32,000 nucleotides of DNA, taken from contig NC_017262.1 of the NCBI RefSeq assembly GCF_000175255.2, positions 1,800,001-1,832,000 of the forward strand, read 5' to 3'. Source of the DNA: Zymomonas mobilis subsp. mobilis ATCC 10988. Its GTDB lineage: Bacteria; Pseudomonadota; Alphaproteobacteria; Sphingomonadales; Sphingomonadaceae. Below the pieces are notes generated by a model. It saw only the letters and a program-made list of their open reading frames with translations, made no database searches and was not told the origin of the DNA. Each line of letters opens with the position of its first letter. The first letter of the stretch is position 1. A program made the position numbers and the translations under genes. Shown here piece after piece: positions 29,111-32,000 of the stretch.

Positions 29111-29605
29111 CTAGAAAGGCACATCATCATCCAAATCATCGTCAAAAGGCGCATAATCAAAGCCGACGCTGCTTTTGCCCAATTCATTGTTAGACGATCC
29201 GGCATTACTACCGCCACCAAAACCGCCGCCGCCGTTGAAATCACCGCCGCCACTGCGACCATCCAACATCACAAGGCTGGCATTAAATCCTTGCAAAACA
29301 ACTTCGGTTGAATAGCGATCCTGACCGGACTGATCCTGCCATTTACGGGTTTGCAGCTGGCCTTCAATGTAGACTTTGCTGCCTTTCCGCAAATATTGCT
29401 CGGCAACTTTCACCAAACCTTCACTGAAGATGGCGACAGAATGCCATTCGGTTTTTTCACGCCGTTCACCACTATTGCGATCACGCCATGTTTCAGAGGT
29501 CGCAATCTGTAAATTAGCCACTCTGTTACCATTGCTAAAGCTTCTTATTTCGGGGTCACGCCCCAAATTACCCAGCAAAATAACTTTGTTGACACTGCCT
29601 GCCAT
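29111..29605 (-). CDS. ssb: Single-stranded DNA-binding protein
   Basis: It has an OB-fold N-terminus ([20 protein letters not shown]…), a Gly-rich linker and an acidic tail (…[10 protein letters not shown]). Confidence 0.95.
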   Translation of the reverse strand: MAGSVNKVILLGNLGRDPEIRSFSNGNRVANLQIATSETWRDRNSGERREKTEWHSVAIFSEGLVKVAEQYLRKGSKVYIEGQLQTRKWQDQSGQDRYSTEVVLQGFNASLVMLDGRSGGGDFNGGGGFGGGSNAGSSNNELGKSSVGFDYAPFDDDLDDDVPF

Positions 29606-29699
29606 AAAATTCCCTCGACACTATTCGTTGTTCTTTCCATAGCCGTTTTTTTCGGTTTTTCCAAAGGCTTTCCTGAAAAGCCCTCGGCAAAAACACATT

Positions 29700-31625
29700 T
29701 TAAAGCCCAAACATTCGGGCAACATGGAAAACGATTGTCGAAGCAACATAGGCAAGGGTGAACAGATAACCCAAGGTGAATAACGGCCATTTCCAACCAT
29801 TGGTTTCACGACGGATCACAGCGATAGTGGACAGACATTGCGGCGCAAAAACAAACCACGCCAGAAAAGCCAGGGCTTGCGATAATGGCCAGGCTTTTCT
29901 AAGCGTTTCGATCAGGGATTCTTGCGTTTTTTCTTCATCGCTACTGTCAATTGAATAGACTGTTGCCAAGGCGCTAACCGCGACTTCACGCGCCGCCATA
30001 GCGGGAATAACGGCCATGGTCATCGCATGATTAAAACCGGCAGGCTTCATGATTGGGTCAAGGGCTGCCGCCACCCGTCCGGCAATAGAATATTCACTTT
30101 GCGGCACGCCTTCCGGCGCACGCGGAAAGGCCAAAACAGCCCATAAAGCGACCGATACCGTCAAAATGATCGTGCCAGCGCGCTTTAAAAAGATCATCGC
30201 TCTTTGCCATAATCCTAACATAATATCGCGCAAGATCGGCATTTGGTAACGCGGCATTTCGATCAGAAACAGGCCGGATTTGCCTTTAGCGAGGGTATAG
30301 CGGAAAATCAAAGCCACCAGCATAGCGGCAACAATACCCGCAACATACAGCAAGAACATTACCAAGCCTTGCAAGCCAATCTTCAAACCGATTTCCTTAT
30401 CAGGCACAAAAGCACCAATAAGAACACTATAGACAGGAAGACGCGCAGAGCAGGTCATCAAAGGCGCGATCAAAATCGTCGTTAAACGGCTTTTCGGGTC
30501 TTCGATCGAACGGGTCGCCATAATGCCGGGAATGGCACAGGCAAAAGAGGATAACAGCGGAATAAAGGCACGGCCAGTCAAGCCCACTTTTGCCATCAAT
30601 CTGTCCATCAAGAAGGCTGCCCGCACCATATAGCCGGAACCTTCCAAAAGCAGGATAAACAAAAACAGGATTAAAATCTGGGGCAAAAAGACCAGAACGG
30701 AGCCGACACCGGCAATCACCCCATCGACAATCAAGGAACGGATCAGACCTTCTGGCAGTAACGGCCTGATATAGGCCTCAAAAGCCGTGAATCCGTCTTC
30801 AATCCAACCAATCGGGGTTTGCGACCAAGCAAAAACCGCCTGAAACATAAAAAACATCAGGCCAGCCAGAATGATCGGGCCCAAAATTGGATGCAAAACA
30901 ATATCATCGATTTTCTGCGTCCAACCCTTGGGCTTGTGAACGACCTTGGTGACTTCCTTGGTCAGACGTTGGGCTTCCGGTTGGTAAGAAGAAATATCTT
31001 TTAAAACCGGCGCTCCACTCGCGGCCAAGACGGCGGCGGCTTCGCTCTTGTCGGAAGGTTGTTCGGCCATCTGATCGACCAGATGGGCAACTTCCTGTTT
31101 GACTTCTTCAATACCGCGCCGTCTGACCGCTACCGTTGGGATAACCTTGGCGCCCAGCTTTTCAGACAACAGATTGATATCAATCTTCAAACCATCACGC
31201 TCGGCCATATCGACCATGTTCAGCGCGAAAACAGTTGGAATCTTCAAGCTCAATAGCTGCAAGGCAAAACGCAAATGAAGCCCAAGATTGGTTGCATCCA
31301 AAACGACAAGCAAGATATCCGGTATTTTTTCATTCGGCATCTGGCCGAATAAAACATCACGGGTCACCCGTTCATCGGCACTTCCGGGATCAAGACTATA
31401 GGTGCCGGGCAAATCGACCACTTCAACAGGGCGACCATCCGGCAAAGCCATGTGGCCATATTTTCGTTCAACCGTCACCCCGGGATAATTGCCGACCTTC
31501 TGATGCGCGCCGGTCAAGGCGTTGAATAAGGCAGATTTCCCCGTATTCGGATTGCCAACCATGGCAATCAAAGGGTTGTGGTTGTCAATAGAGGGGGGCG
31601 AATTATCTTCGCAATGTCCGTTCAT
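29700..31625 (-). CDS. feoB: Ferrous iron transporter FeoB
   Basis: It has an N-terminal G-domain (MVGNPNTGKSALFNALTG, DLPGTYSL) followed by a large polytopic membrane domain. feoA lies immediately upstream. Confidence 0.94.
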   Translation of the reverse strand: MNGHCEDNSPPSIDNHNPLIAMVGNPNTGKSALFNALTGAHQKVGNYPGVTVERKYGHMALPDGRPVEVVDLPGTYSLDPGSADERVTRDVLFGQMPNEKIPDILLVVLDATNLGLHLRFALQLLSLKIPTVFALNMVDMAERDGLKIDINLLSEKLGAKVIPTVAVRRRGIEEVKQEVAHLVDQMAEQPSDKSEAAAVLAASGAPVLKDISSYQPEAQRLTKEVTKVVHKPKGWTQKIDDIVLHPILGPIILAGLMFFMFQAVFAWSQTPIGWIEDGFTAFEAYIRPLLPEGLIRSLIVDGVIAGVGSVLVFLPQILILFLFILLLEGSGYMVRAAFLMDRLMAKVGLTGRAFIPLLSSFACAIPGIMATRSIEDPKSRLTTILIAPLMTCSARLPVYSVLIGAFVPDKEIGLKIGLQGLVMFLLYVAGIVAAMLVALIFRYTLAKGKSGLFLIEMPRYQMPILRDIMLGLWQRAMIFLKRAGTIILTVSVALWAVLAFPRAPEGVPQSEYSIAGRVAAALDPIMKPAGFNHAMTMAVIPAMAAREVAVSALATVYSIDSSDEEKTQESLIETLRKAWPLSQALAFLAWFVFAPQCLSTIAVIRRETNGWKWPLFTLGYLFTLAYVASTIVFHVARMFGL

Positions 31626-31630
31626 GGAAG

Positions 31631-31933
31631 TCAGGCCTGTCCTACAGTTGATCGGGAAGAGGACGCTTTTTCCGAAAGGGCTGGTTCCGGTGCGGCATCA
31701 GGGTCTTTAACAGAAATAACCGAAGCCTCTTGCTGTCGAATAGCAATCAATATTCTATCAACTCGACAGGCAATCGGGTCACGACTGATCGGGGCAAAAT
31801 GCTGTAATTCGACTTCGGCACCTTTATGAAAACCCAAATCCCGCAAACGGCGTCCGATTTCTGGGGGTAACGCAGACCAATCGATATCCGTGATAACCGT
31901 TGCTTTCTTTAATGGCATCTCATTAAGGCGCAT
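31631..31933 (-). CDS. feoA: FeoA-domain protein
   Basis: It has an SH3-like FeoA pattern (…LRDLGFHKGAEVELQHFAPISRDPIACRVDRILIAIRQQEA…). It ends 5 nt before the feoB start. The track start at 31951 is TTG. The ATG at 31933 with an upstream AGGA is preferred. Confidence 0.8.
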   Translation of the reverse strand: MRLNEMPLKKATVITDIDWSALPPEIGRRLRDLGFHKGAEVELQHFAPISRDPIACRVDRILIAIRQQEASVISVKDPDAAPEPALSEKASSSRSTVGQA

Positions 31934-32000
31934 AGTTATTATCCTGTTCAAACCAGATTATGTTCTGTTCTTTCGCTCTTTATTAACGCCAAAACCATAA

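Overview
This window looks like a mostly housekeeping chromosomal segment of an alphaproteobacterium. The gene content and the CRISPR repeat fit a Zymomonas/Sphingomonadales-like genome, but that is inference and no search was run. Genes read left to right are as follows.

- The 5' end of cydA (minus strand), then pflB-pflA (pyruvate formate-lyase and its activase).
- A TonB-dependent receptor tightly followed by an APH-fold kinase-like gene.
- ynfA, a PnuC-family transporter and tRNA-Lys(CTT).
- A DUF481 outer-membrane protein, rppH and an SDR oxidoreductase.
- A type I-F-style CRISPR array with 9 repeats and 8 spacers, and no cas genes anywhere in the 32 kb.
- An ~847-bp IS5-family element.
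- purF, gshA (plant-type), rsmE, and thiL-nusB-hisD-hisG-bolA, all on the minus strand.
- A tetR-shc (squalene-hopene cyclase) pair.
- A J-domain protein followed by cobS and cobT.
- ssb and feoAB.

I did not find a convincing new multi-gene defence system. The most unusual structure is the IS element. It sits exactly at the junction between the leader-proximal CRISPR repeat and an AT-rich putative leader, which carries a perfect IHF consensus and is now ~850 bp away. The IS transposase needs a -1 frameshift, so the ORF track shows only its first half.

Secondary items:

- The tetR-shc module has an 18-bp near-palindrome in its upstream region.
- The J-domain/CobS/CobT trio (AAA+ plus VWA) has no cobN in view.
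- The TonB-dependent receptor and kinase-like gene form a tight pair.
- hisD and nusB are coupled by a TAATG overlap.

Several track ORFs appear to be over-extended at the 5' end, and I give shorter starts for them. All functional calls rest on motif and family recognition by eye.
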